A stretch of 64,000 nt of DNA from an uncultured Planctomycetota bacterium. GTDB taxonomy: Bacteria > Planctomycetota > Planctomycetia > Pirellulales > Lacipirellulaceae. Below the pieces are notes generated by a model. It saw nothing but the letters and a program-made list of their open reading frames with translations, was not told the DNA's origin and searched no databases. This document shows, piece after piece, positions 22,400 through 30,444 of this stretch. Each line of letters begins with the position of its first letter. Position 1 is the first letter of the stretch. Location of the stretch: assembly GCA_963719315.1 (NCBI GenBank), contig CAVRBU010000002.1, positions 1,408,001 to 1,472,000 on the forward strand, in the 5' to 3' direction. The position numbers were made by a program, and so were the translations under genes.

Positions 22400-22968
22400 T
22401 TAAATCAATAACCTTGCACTTTATTTATTGCCCAAAGGAGCGGCCGTGATTCAAGATGCCGTTGCGGCTTCATTCGCTGGTGGCGGTACGCTTCAACACC
22501 TTTTCTTTCAGATTCCAACGACAGGGGAGTACGAAATTTGGGTTCGACAGACCGAATCGGATGTCGCAGGCGGTGAGGATTACGGCCTCGCATGGTGGGC
22601 GTCCCCAGCTAGTTTGATTTTCGTTCCGGGTGACTACAACGGCGACCAAGTTGTTGACGCGCAAGACTACACTGTTTGGAGAGGCGCTTTCGGCGGGTCC
22701 GTTACTCCCGGAACGGGCGCGGACGGCAACAATAATGGTGTCATCGACGCTGGTGACTACGTTGTTTGGCGCAAGAATCTAACTACCGCCGGCAGCGGCG
22801 CTAGTTTGGCATCCGTGCCAGAGCCGAGCGGCTTATTGCTGTTATTTGCTACCGCAACTGTCCTTTACGGATTCAACATTCGGTGTCGCGCCGTTCGTTG
22901 TCAGCCGCTTCGGTGAGCGGCAGACTTAATGCACTTGGACGCCGCTCTTCAGAAGAATAATGTCATAG

Positions 22969-23041
22969 TCCGCCCGGCAGGACTCGAACCTGCGACGGAG
23001 CGTTTAGGAAACGCTGGCTCTATCCCCTGAGCTACGGGCGG
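22969..23041 (-). tRNA. Complete tRNA-Arg(CCT) carried inside the island
   Basis: Acceptor CCGCCCG/CGGGCGG, D-arm GCTC/GAGC, anticodon stem AGCGT/ACGCT with loop TTCCTAA, T-arm GCAGG-TTCGAGT-CCTGC; CCA not encoded. Confidence 0.95.
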
Positions 23042-23047
23042 TGTGAA

Positions 23048-23100
23048 GGTGTAGATTCCGACAAGATCATTCAGGTGTAATTGGGTGTATTCGGGTGTAT
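23048..23100 (+). repeat. Right-end repeats, candidate integrase arm-type sites
   Basis: GGTGTAG, TTCCGACAAG, then tandem GGTGTAATT-GGGTGTATT-CGGGTGTAT at 9-10 bp spacing. Confidence 0.7.
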
Positions 23101-23185
23101 CGATCGATTCTGCCGGAATTCGCACCTGATCGCAATGGCCTGCAATTGCCGATCGTTTTGGCATCTTGGAAAAACATCGACACAA

Positions 23186-23227
23186 TTTCCTAAACCGTTT
23201 GTCGCAGGTTCGATTCCTGCCGGGGCG
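23186..23227 (+). tRNA. 3' half of the disrupted tRNA-Arg(CCT) (attR)
   Basis: TTTCCTAA-ACCGT-TTGTC-GCAGG-TTCGATT-CCTGC-CGGGGCG; ACCGT pairs with GCGGT of the 5' half. Confidence 0.9.
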
Positions 23228-23528
23228 CTTACTAGCAGGGAGTATATAGCCAGGAGCAGAGGGCTCGAAAGAATTTGCGTCTCACTCCTCGCTCCTCCCC
23301 CTGCCCCCGCCTCTTCTTTGTGCTAGCATCGAACTCGTCTTGACCCCGCCGAGTGATTTGACTGAATATGCTGTTCGTCAAGTCTGCTAAGTTTTTCGCT
23401 AGAAGCTCACGCTGAGTCGAAGTGATCGCGGCGAAGTGGCAATCGTTTCGCTTCCCCTCCACTGCACCATTGCGTGAGAAATTTCCACATCGTCCTTCAG
23501 GATAGAATGCCCACACACGGAGGCCCCC

Positions 23529-24158
23529 ATGAAACGCGACGTCGATCTTATTCGCCAGATCCTGTTCGATCTCGAACTCCACGGCGCCGAGTGCTCGCTC
23601 GAATCGCTCCGCAACGGCACGACGCACGAAGTCGATGAGCGCACTCGATACCACGTTCGCCTTTGCATCGACGCTGGTCTGGCCAAGGAAATCGATCGCA
23701 CGGCCGCCGGCTCGCCCTGCGTGCGGCTCACGAACGCCGGCCACGAGTTCCTCGATATCTGCCGCGGCGACGACCGATGGCAAGCCGCGAAATGGATGGT
23801 CCATCAGCAGACCGGCGGCCTATCGCTTGCCGTGTTGCGGGCCGTGCTTACCAAATGGGCCGTCCAGGGCATCAGCCGTAGCGAACGCCATCGCCGTTGG
23901 CGCCGCAGCTATCGCCCGCACTACGCGCAAGAATTTTATCCCGGCGAACCCGCTCCAGCGGAAGGGTACCGCGTCGATTCGTATCGCTACGAGCGCGAAC
24001 CTTTCTTTGAAGAAGAGCCGATGCGCCTCGTCCGCCCGCGGCGCGATTACCGTGAGGCCCTCGGCCCGATCGAGCCCTGGGACCACGAGCCACACCACGC
24101 CGATGAGTCGCTCGCCAACGAACCACTCGGCGTATCGCTGCCGATCAACATAATTTAG
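23529..24158 (+). CDS. DUF2513-like protein with disordered C-terminal extension
   Basis: MKRDVDLIRQIL...YHVRL...RLTNAGHEFLD. Confidence 0.8.
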   Translation: MKRDVDLIRQILFDLELHGAECSLESLRNGTTHEVDERTRYHVRLCIDAGLAKEIDRTAAGSPCVRLTNAGHEFLDICRGDDRWQAAKWMVHQQTGGLSLAVLRAVLTKWAVQGISRSERHRRWRRSYRPHYAQEFYPGEPAPAEGYRVDSYRYEREPFFEEEPMRLVRPRRDYREALGPIEPWDHEPHHADESLANEPLGVSLPINII

Positions 24159-24188
24159 CACGATCGCAAAAAATCACTACGCGGGTCG

Positions 24189-24247
24189 GAGCCTGCAGCA
24201 CAAGCAAGGGTTGGAAGTCGCCCAACCCTTGCTCGTGCTGCGGGCTC
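24189..24247. repeat. REP-like long palindrome
   Basis: GAGCCTGCAGCACAAGCAAGGGTTGG...CCAACCCTTGCTCGTGCTGCGGGCTC. Confidence 0.7.
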
Positions 24248-24335
24248 CAATCATTGCTGAAGTGCGTTCGCCCCCGTTATACTCGATGATGTAAGAACGG
24301 TGGAAGCTTCCTCATCCCCACTCCGCCCTCACGCC

Positions 24336-25322
24336 ATGCCCCGCTACGTCGTTCGCCACGGAGTCATGCGCAACCTCGGCGTTTTCGCGCCGCGTGGCCG
24401 CGACACCTTCGTGCGCGGCGACCAGGTCGTTGCCCGCACCAGCCGCGGCCTCGAATCCGGCGAAGTGCTGTGCGAAGCGACCGATGAAGCCGTGGCCCAG
24501 CTCCAAGACCCCAAACAGGGGCAAATCCTCCGCAAACTTTCAGACGACGACGTCCGCGACCTCCGCAAGATGTTCGAGCAGGAGCGGCGCGAATACGAAA
24601 TCTGCCAGGTGCAAATCCGCGAGCTCAATCTCGACATGCAACTCGTCGACGTCGAGCACCTGTATGGCGGCGAGCGGGTCGTCATTTACTATCTGGCCGA
24701 GGCCCGCATCGATTTTCGCGACCTTGTGAAGAATCTCGCGACGGAGTTCCAAACCCGCATCGAGATGCGGCAGATCGGCGTCCGCGATGAGGCGAAACTG
24801 CTGGCCGATTACGGCGATTGCGGAAAACCTGTCTGCTGCAACACGCACCTCAGCGAGATGCCGCCCGTCTCGATGAAGATGGCCAAGCTACAGCGGGCCA
24901 CGCTCGACCCGACCAAAATCTCCGGCCGCTGCGGCCGGTTGAAATGCTGCCTCCGTTACGAGTACGAAACCTACCAGGATTTGCAGCGCGAGTTGCCGCC
25001 CGTGGGTGCGGATATCATCACGAATAATGGTCGGGCCCGCGTGCTCGCCCAGGAAATCCTTGCCGGTCAGGTGCTGGTGGAAACCGAAGACGGCCGCCGC
25101 GTCGTGATCGATGCCGCCGAAGTCCTTACGGTCCTTCAGCGCGAACGAAGATCGCGCCCCGAACAACAGGCCGCGCCCGAGAGCGACCTGTCGGACGAGC
25201 CACCCAGCGAACTGTTGCCCGCCGACCTCGCAGCACTCGAAGACACCGTTTTTCGCGATGTCCATGCCTCCACCGATGAGCCGATGTCCGATGCCGAAGA
25301 CGCCTCGGACAACAACTCGTAG
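24336..25322 (+). CDS. PSP1 domain protein (YaaT/RicT family)
   Basis: RIDFRDLV, RIEMRQIGVRDEA, CG..CC, KISGRCGRLKCCLRYE. Confidence 0.92.
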   Translation: MPRYVVRHGVMRNLGVFAPRGRDTFVRGDQVVARTSRGLESGEVLCEATDEAVAQLQDPKQGQILRKLSDDDVRDLRKMFEQERREYEICQVQIRELNLDMQLVDVEHLYGGERVVIYYLAEARIDFRDLVKNLATEFQTRIEMRQIGVRDEAKLLADYGDCGKPVCCNTHLSEMPPVSMKMAKLQRATLDPTKISGRCGRLKCCLRYEYETYQDLQRELPPVGADIITNNGRARVLAQEILAGQVLVETEDGRRVVIDAAEVLTVLQRERRSRPEQQAAPESDLSDEPPSELLPADLAALEDTVFRDVHASTDEPMSDAEDASDNNS

Positions 25323-25538
25323 CCGAAGTCGCAAGACTTCAGCCCTTATCGGGCACGGCGGAATTCTTGCGAAATCCGCAACGGCAAAATAATTACTCCG
25401 CAACAGCAGATAATTCCCACCGCAGTCCCGCTGTACGAATCGAGAAATCGGTTTTTCCACTACAATATGTGCTGCGCAGCTTGCATTTTTTTTGGTCCTC
25501 TTGTTGCCTAAATCACCGCCGCCGCCGACAATAGAAGA

Positions 25539-25952
25539 ATGTTAGATCAAGATCATCCCCTGGCGGATCTGTTGCGTCGGGACCGCCGTTATCATCGAGA
25601 CGCTTATTTTTTCGTGTTCGAGGCTCTCCGCTTCTCTCAGGAGCAGCTCGGCATCGGCGGCATGGCCGCAGTGGGGCAGTCGGACCCCGACGAAGAACGC
25701 CACGTCACGGGCCAGCAGCTTTGCGAATCGATACGCCAATACGCCGTGCAGCAATACGGCATGTTGGCCAAGAACGTACTCAACGAATGGGGAGTCCGCA
25801 ACACCGGCGACTTCGGCGAGATCGTGTTCAACCTGATCGAGATCGGTCAGATGAAGAAAACAGATTCCGATCGACGCGAGGATTTTGAGAACGTCTTCGA
25901 TTTCGACGACGGCCTCCAAGACGCCTTCCTGCCGATCACCTCCGATTCGTAA
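25539..25952 (+). CDS. Conserved PVC protein (Minf_1886-like)
   Basis: DRRY..AY.FV.EAL, HVTGQQL, WGV..T.DFGEIVFNL. Confidence 0.8.
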   Translation: MLDQDHPLADLLRRDRRYHRDAYFFVFEALRFSQEQLGIGGMAAVGQSDPDEERHVTGQQLCESIRQYAVQQYGMLAKNVLNEWGVRNTGDFGEIVFNLIEIGQMKKTDSDRREDFENVFDFDDGLQDAFLPITSDS

Positions 25953-25971
25953 CCATCATCCAGGCAAGACA

Positions 25972-26142
25972 ATGCCTGATCGATCAAAACAGAAACCGTC
26001 CGAGGATGAGTCGTCTGTTTTTTCGGCACCCATGACGATTCCATCGACGGGCTTAAAAGCCAGTCGCTGGCAACTGTTAGCCGCGAGTGCTATGCTCGCC
26101 ATCTGGATCGCGTTCCTCGCCGTGATGGCCCTCTACAGTTAG
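25972..26142 (+). CDS. Small membrane protein
   Basis: 56-aa ORF with a C-terminal hydrophobic helix, in operon position. Confidence 0.5.
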   Translation: MPDRSKQKPSEDESSVFSAPMTIPSTGLKASRWQLLAASAMLAIWIAFLAVMALYS

Positions 26143-26164
26143 CGAATTCAACGACAGTAAATTT

Positions 26165-27295
26165 ATGAAATCACAACCTCACATTCGCAGTATTCATTCC
26201 GTTATCGCCGCTTGCGGCTTAGCGCTCGCCGCCCCAACCTACGCCGCCCCCCCCATCGCTCCCGACCACGCCAAAATCGAGCAGGCCGTCAACCGCGCCG
26301 CCAACTTCCTGAAACAAGCTCAAGCCACCGACGGCTCGTTTAGCGCCGCTTCCGGCCCCGGCATCACCGCCATCGTCGCCGCCGGCCTCCTCCGCTCCGG
26401 TCGCACGCCGAACGACCCGGTCGTTTCAAAGGCGCTGAAATTCCTCGAAGGCAACGTGCATGACGACGGCGGCATCTATCAAACCGGCAGCAATCACAAG
26501 AACTATGAAACCTGCCTCGCAATCATCGCCTTCCAGGAAGCCAACCGCGATCGCAGATTCGACAAGCTGCTGGTCGACGCCGAAAAGTTCGTCAAGAAGG
26601 AGCAATGGGACGAAGGCGAAGGAATGGATATCGCCGATCTGAATTACGGCGGCGCGGGCTACGGCTCCTCCAGCCGGCCTGACCTCTCCAACACGACCTT
26701 CCTGATCGACGCACTCCACGCCGTCGGCCGCGGCGACGACGATCCCGCCATTCAAAAAGCGCTAATCTTCGTCTCTCGCTGCCAGAATCTCGAATCGCAA
26801 TACAATACTTCGCTCTTAGCCGCCAAGGTGAACGACGGTGGCTTTTATTACACGGTCGCCGCCGGCGGACAAAGCATGGCCGGCCAAACTCCGGATGGCG
26901 GCCTCCGCAGCTACGGCTCCATGACCTACGCCGGCTTCAAGAGCATGATCTACGCCGGCGTCAAACGCGACGACCCGCGCGTCAAAGCCGCTTACGATTG
27001 GATCCAGAAGCACTACACGCTCGACGAAAACCCCGGCATGGGTCCGCAAGGCCTCTACTACTACTACCACACATTTGCCAAGGCACTCGCCGCGATTGGC
27101 GACGAGCAGATCGTCGATGCCCAGGGCAAGTCGCACGACTGGCGCGCCGAACTTGCGGCGAAATATATCGCCTCGCAAAACGCCGATGGCAGTTGGCTCA
27201 ACAAAACGCCGCGCTGGATGGAAGGCGACCCGAACCTCGTAACGGCCTACGGGCTGCTCTGCCTGTCCTATTGCAAAGCCCCCGCCAAGCAATAG
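26165..27295 (+). CDS. Secreted prenyltransferase/squalene-oxidase-repeat protein
   Basis: Signal peptide; QW-type repeats QATDGSF, QNADGSW, DGGFYY; DLSNT. Confidence 0.85.
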   Translation: MKSQPHIRSIHSVIAACGLALAAPTYAAPPIAPDHAKIEQAVNRAANFLKQAQATDGSFSAASGPGITAIVAAGLLRSGRTPNDPVVSKALKFLEGNVHDDGGIYQTGSNHKNYETCLAIIAFQEANRDRRFDKLLVDAEKFVKKEQWDEGEGMDIADLNYGGAGYGSSSRPDLSNTTFLIDALHAVGRGDDDPAIQKALIFVSRCQNLESQYNTSLLAAKVNDGGFYYTVAAGGQSMAGQTPDGGLRSYGSMTYAGFKSMIYAGVKRDDPRVKAAYDWIQKHYTLDENPGMGPQGLYYYYHTFAKALAAIGDEQIVDAQGKSHDWRAELAAKYIASQNADGSWLNKTPRWMEGDPNLVTAYGLLCLSYCKAPAKQ

Positions 27296-27337
27296 TGGCC
27301 GTTGCTGGATCACATTCTGCCGCCGCCTGAACGCGCG

Positions 27338-28813
27338 TCAATCATTCTCGCCCGCGCTCTTTCGCGCTCTTTTGCGCTGCCGCCGTTCGTTCGGCGCCGC
27401 TTTCTTGTGGGAGTTTTGCGCCAGGTTCTTGGTCGGCATCTTCGCCCCGACTTCCTCGCGCCACGCCAATATCTTGTCGTGCAGCTCTTTCGCTCGGCTG
27501 GGATTTTCGGCCGCCAGGTCATGGGCTTCGCCGACATCGTCCTTCAGATTGTACAATTCCTGCCTTCCGTCCTCGAAAAATTCGACCAGTTTCCAATCGC
27601 CGGCCCGCACCGAGCCGGCTGGCGTCGTCCGCCATTCGCCGGGGCCTGCGCCAAGATACCCGGGAAAATGCCAGTACACCGCGTCCCGATCCAGCGACTT
27701 TTTCATACCCGTCAATAGCGGCACAACACTCATGCCATCCAGCGGATAATTGGCCGGCGTCTGCGCACCCGCTACTTCGACTAGCGACGGGTACAGATCA
27801 ACGCCGAGGATCGGCGTTTCATTGGTCTGGCCCGGCTGAATCTTTCCCTTCCACCGAAATATGAATGGAACGCGCACGCCGCCCTCGTACAGCATTCCTT
27901 TGCCTCCCTTGAGAGGCGCATTATCGGTGATCCCTTCCTTGCTCAACCCGGCCCGCTGGTAGCCGCCGACGCCGCCGTTGTCGCTCGAAAAAATCACGAG
28001 CGTATTGTCGGCCAGCCCCAACTTGTCGAGCGTCGCGACGATCCGGCCCACGCTCTCATCGACGCTCGCGATCATCGCCGCGTACGTCGGATCCTTATGC
28101 CCGCCCACCGGCGGCTTGCCTTTGAATCGATCGATCAACTCCGCCTTGGCCTCGTGCGGCGCATGCACGCCGAAATGCGGTAAATACAAAAAGAACGGCT
28201 GATCCTTGTGCCGATCGATGAAATCGACCGCGTGATCCGTCAGAAAATCGGCCAGGTACTGCCCCTTTGGATATTCCGTTTGAGGATACGTCTTGAAATT
28301 GTAATGTGCGCCGGACGACTCAATCGCTTCGTCAAACCCGCGTTTGCTCGGAAAATGCGCCGGGTCCATTCCAAGATGCCATTTGCCGAACATCCCCGTC
28401 GCGTAGCCGGCCTTCTTCAGCGTGTCGGCGATCGTGATCTTGTCGAGCGGCAACGCCGTCACGTTATCGACCGGCCTTAATGGCCGACTCTGCCAATTGA
28501 AGCGATCGATGGCGCCGACGGTATACACACCGGTGCGCGGGCCATACTGCCCGCTCATCAGCGCCGCCCGCGACGGCTGGCAGTTGGGCCCGCACGAGTA
28601 ACCATTCGTGAATTTCACCCCCTCGGCTGCCAGTCGATCGATGTTCGGCGTCTCGTAATACTTGCTGCCAAAGCACGCCACGTCGGTGTAACCCAAATCG
28701 TCGGCCAGAATGAACACAATATTCGGTTGCCGTGATTCCGCAGCCCAAGCGCCTTCTGCACATACGAACAAGAGCGCGGTTGCAATAACGTAACGCATGA
28801 GAACCCCTATCAA
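27338..28813 (-). CDS. Sulfatase (Cys-type, S1)
   Basis: PNIVFILADDLG, CQPSR, GKWHLG, SDNGG, YEGGVRVP. Confidence 0.95.
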   Translation of the reverse strand: MIGVLMRYVIATALLFVCAEGAWAAESRQPNIVFILADDLGYTDVACFGSKYYETPNIDRLAAEGVKFTNGYSCGPNCQPSRAALMSGQYGPRTGVYTVGAIDRFNWQSRPLRPVDNVTALPLDKITIADTLKKAGYATGMFGKWHLGMDPAHFPSKRGFDEAIESSGAHYNFKTYPQTEYPKGQYLADFLTDHAVDFIDRHKDQPFFLYLPHFGVHAPHEAKAELIDRFKGKPPVGGHKDPTYAAMIASVDESVGRIVATLDKLGLADNTLVIFSSDNGGVGGYQRAGLSKEGITDNAPLKGGKGMLYEGGVRVPFIFRWKGKIQPGQTNETPILGVDLYPSLVEVAGAQTPANYPLDGMSVVPLLTGMKKSLDRDAVYWHFPGYLGAGPGEWRTTPAGSVRAGDWKLVEFFEDGRQELYNLKDDVGEAHDLAAENPSRAKELHDKILAWREEVGAKMPTKNLAQNSHKKAAPNERRQRKRARKSAGEND

Positions 28814-28867
28814 AGATTGAAAAAAATATTGGCGTCGCTGTATAAGACTGGCCGCTAGCGGCTTAGC

Positions 28868-29197
28868 CTACTTCTTCTCAAGCAGCTTTTGACCCTCTGA
28901 CTTCAACCTGCCCGCGATCTTCTCCGCGATCGCCGCCAGTATCTCCGGCAGATCGAGTTGAATCTCCACCGCATCGGCCCGCACATCGAGCCGGCCCGTC
29001 AACTTCTGCCCCATGCCGCCCCCTTCGAAGTGCAGCCGGTCGCCTTCCCACCGCTCTTGAAACGAGAGCATCGAGCCCATCGCACCCATGCCGCTAGCCA
29101 TCTGCTGCCGCAGCCGTCCAAAGCCCTCTTCGATCCGCCGTCGCGCTTCGTCCTTACCCAAAGCATGAGGAATCGTAACTGTAACCGGTCGTGCCAT
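28868..29197 (-). CDS. Polyhydroxyalkanoic-acid-system family protein
   Basis: VTIPHALGKDEARRRI...WEGDRLHF pattern. Confidence 0.7.
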   Translation of the reverse strand: MARPVTVTIPHALGKDEARRRIEEGFGRLRQQMASGMGAMGSMLSFQERWEGDRLHFEGGGMGQKLTGRLDVRADAVEIQLDLPEILAAIAEKIAGRLKSEGQKLLEKK

Positions 29198-29248
29198 GGC
29201 AACCTCGCAATCTGCATTCCCCTCACTTCCCATGATACCAAAACCCCG

Positions 29249-29480
29249 TAGGTCAGGCTCTGCCTGATGACCCTAGTGCTTTGTCAAAACAAAAGATTGG
29301 GGTTGAGCAGATCAGCCGCAGGGCGCTAGCCCACGGTTATTGTCGCTCCAACCGTGGGCTCTCGCCGTGAGGTTAATCCGAAAATCAAGATGTGACAGAG
29401 CACCAGGTTGTGCGCGGATCTCCCGACCCCGCACCGGCGAAGGACCGCAAGTCTCCTGCGTCCGGGAGACGTGCGGACGA
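29249..29480. repeat. Cluster of REP-like elements
   Basis: GTAGGTCAGGC..GCCTGA; AGCCCACGGTT..AACCGTGGGCT; GTTGTGCGCGGATCTCCCGACCCCGCAC. Confidence 0.6.
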
Positions 29481-29553
29481 AGATCTCGGCTTCCTGTACG
29501 CCCAAAAAAGAAATCCGCGCGGCCTTCTGCACCGCCGAATCGACTTCGGCCCA

Positions 29554-30339
29554 TCAACCAAGGGACCGCAGGTACTCGACCGCATTTTCGATATCCGCAA
29601 TCGGATTAGGCGATTCTCGGCGTTCGATCGTCGCCCAGCCGCGATAGTCGAATTCGGTCAGGCGTCCCAGTATTTCGGGGAAGTCGGCTGCACCGCGGCC
29701 GAGCTCGACCTCAACCGCTTCCCGCGTGGCTACATCGCGCACTGCATCGCACGCATGTACATGCAACACATGCGGCCCCAACAATTCCACTGCCTCGAGC
29801 GGCGTGTGGCCGCCCTTGATGAGGCCGCTGGGCTGCAAATCCACGCCCACCGAGTGCTCCGGCAATGCTGCAAGCAGGCGGGCCAGGTCTTGCGGACTTA
29901 CATCGGCCGTTTGCAGCGCGAGCCGCGCTCCAATCCGCTCCCCGTACATGCCAAGAGCGGTCATCACTTCGATGAGGCGATTCAGCGCAAGCGCGTCCGA
30001 TTCCGGCGGAACTCGACCCACGCGAATGATCACAACGTCGGTCCGCAAATCGGCCGCAAACCGCATCGCCGCCTGCGTCGCCAGCACGCGACGCTCCAGG
30101 TCATCCGGAACATCATACCCGCGGCGAGTGGGAAACGCCACGGCCGACACGCGCAGGCTCATGTCGCCGAGCAACTTATGGAACTCGCGCAAACCGGTCC
30201 GCGAAACGTCGCCCGGCCGCAATTCCGAACGGGCGTCGATCTCGACTCCGGCGGCGCCGAGCCGCGCAGCCGTCGCTAGCGCCTGCCGAATGGGCTGCCG
30301 CAGGCTTCGAGTTTGAATTCCGATTTTAACGTCTGGCAC
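29554..30339 (-). CDS. Sugar-phosphate isomerase/epimerase TIM-barrel protein
   Basis: GAAGVEID, HVHACD, LGRGAADF, YRGWATIE. Confidence 0.85.
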   Translation of the reverse strand: MPDVKIGIQTRSLRQPIRQALATAARLGAAGVEIDARSELRPGDVSRTGLREFHKLLGDMSLRVSAVAFPTRRGYDVPDDLERRVLATQAAMRFAADLRTDVVIIRVGRVPPESDALALNRLIEVMTALGMYGERIGARLALQTADVSPQDLARLLAALPEHSVGVDLQPSGLIKGGHTPLEAVELLGPHVLHVHACDAVRDVATREAVEVELGRGAADFPEILGRLTEFDYRGWATIERRESPNPIADIENAVEYLRSLG

Positions 30340-30444
30340 GGTTGTAGCCGGGAGCAGGGGACGTGGAGCGCGGAGTCGGATGTATCACAGACTCAGAACG
30401 GCACTTTGGGCTCCCGGCCCATAAAACTACGGTACATTTTCGCG

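Larger units (their letters stand above)
20035..22916 (+). pseudogene. S8 subtilisin-like serine peptidase with dockerin-like and PEP-CTERM tail, interrupted by IS5
   Basis: HGEQVAG, GTSFAAPQVTG, SVTLAW; distal part has GDYNGD..DAQDYTVWR and VPEP plus TM. Confidence 0.85.
17920..23193. mobile_element. Integrase-less genomic island inserted in the tRNA-Arg(CCT) anticodon loop
   Basis: Flanked by 8-bp direct repeat TTTCCTAA (17920-17927, 23186-23193) joining complementary tRNA halves; cargo visibly more AT-rich. Confidence 0.85.
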
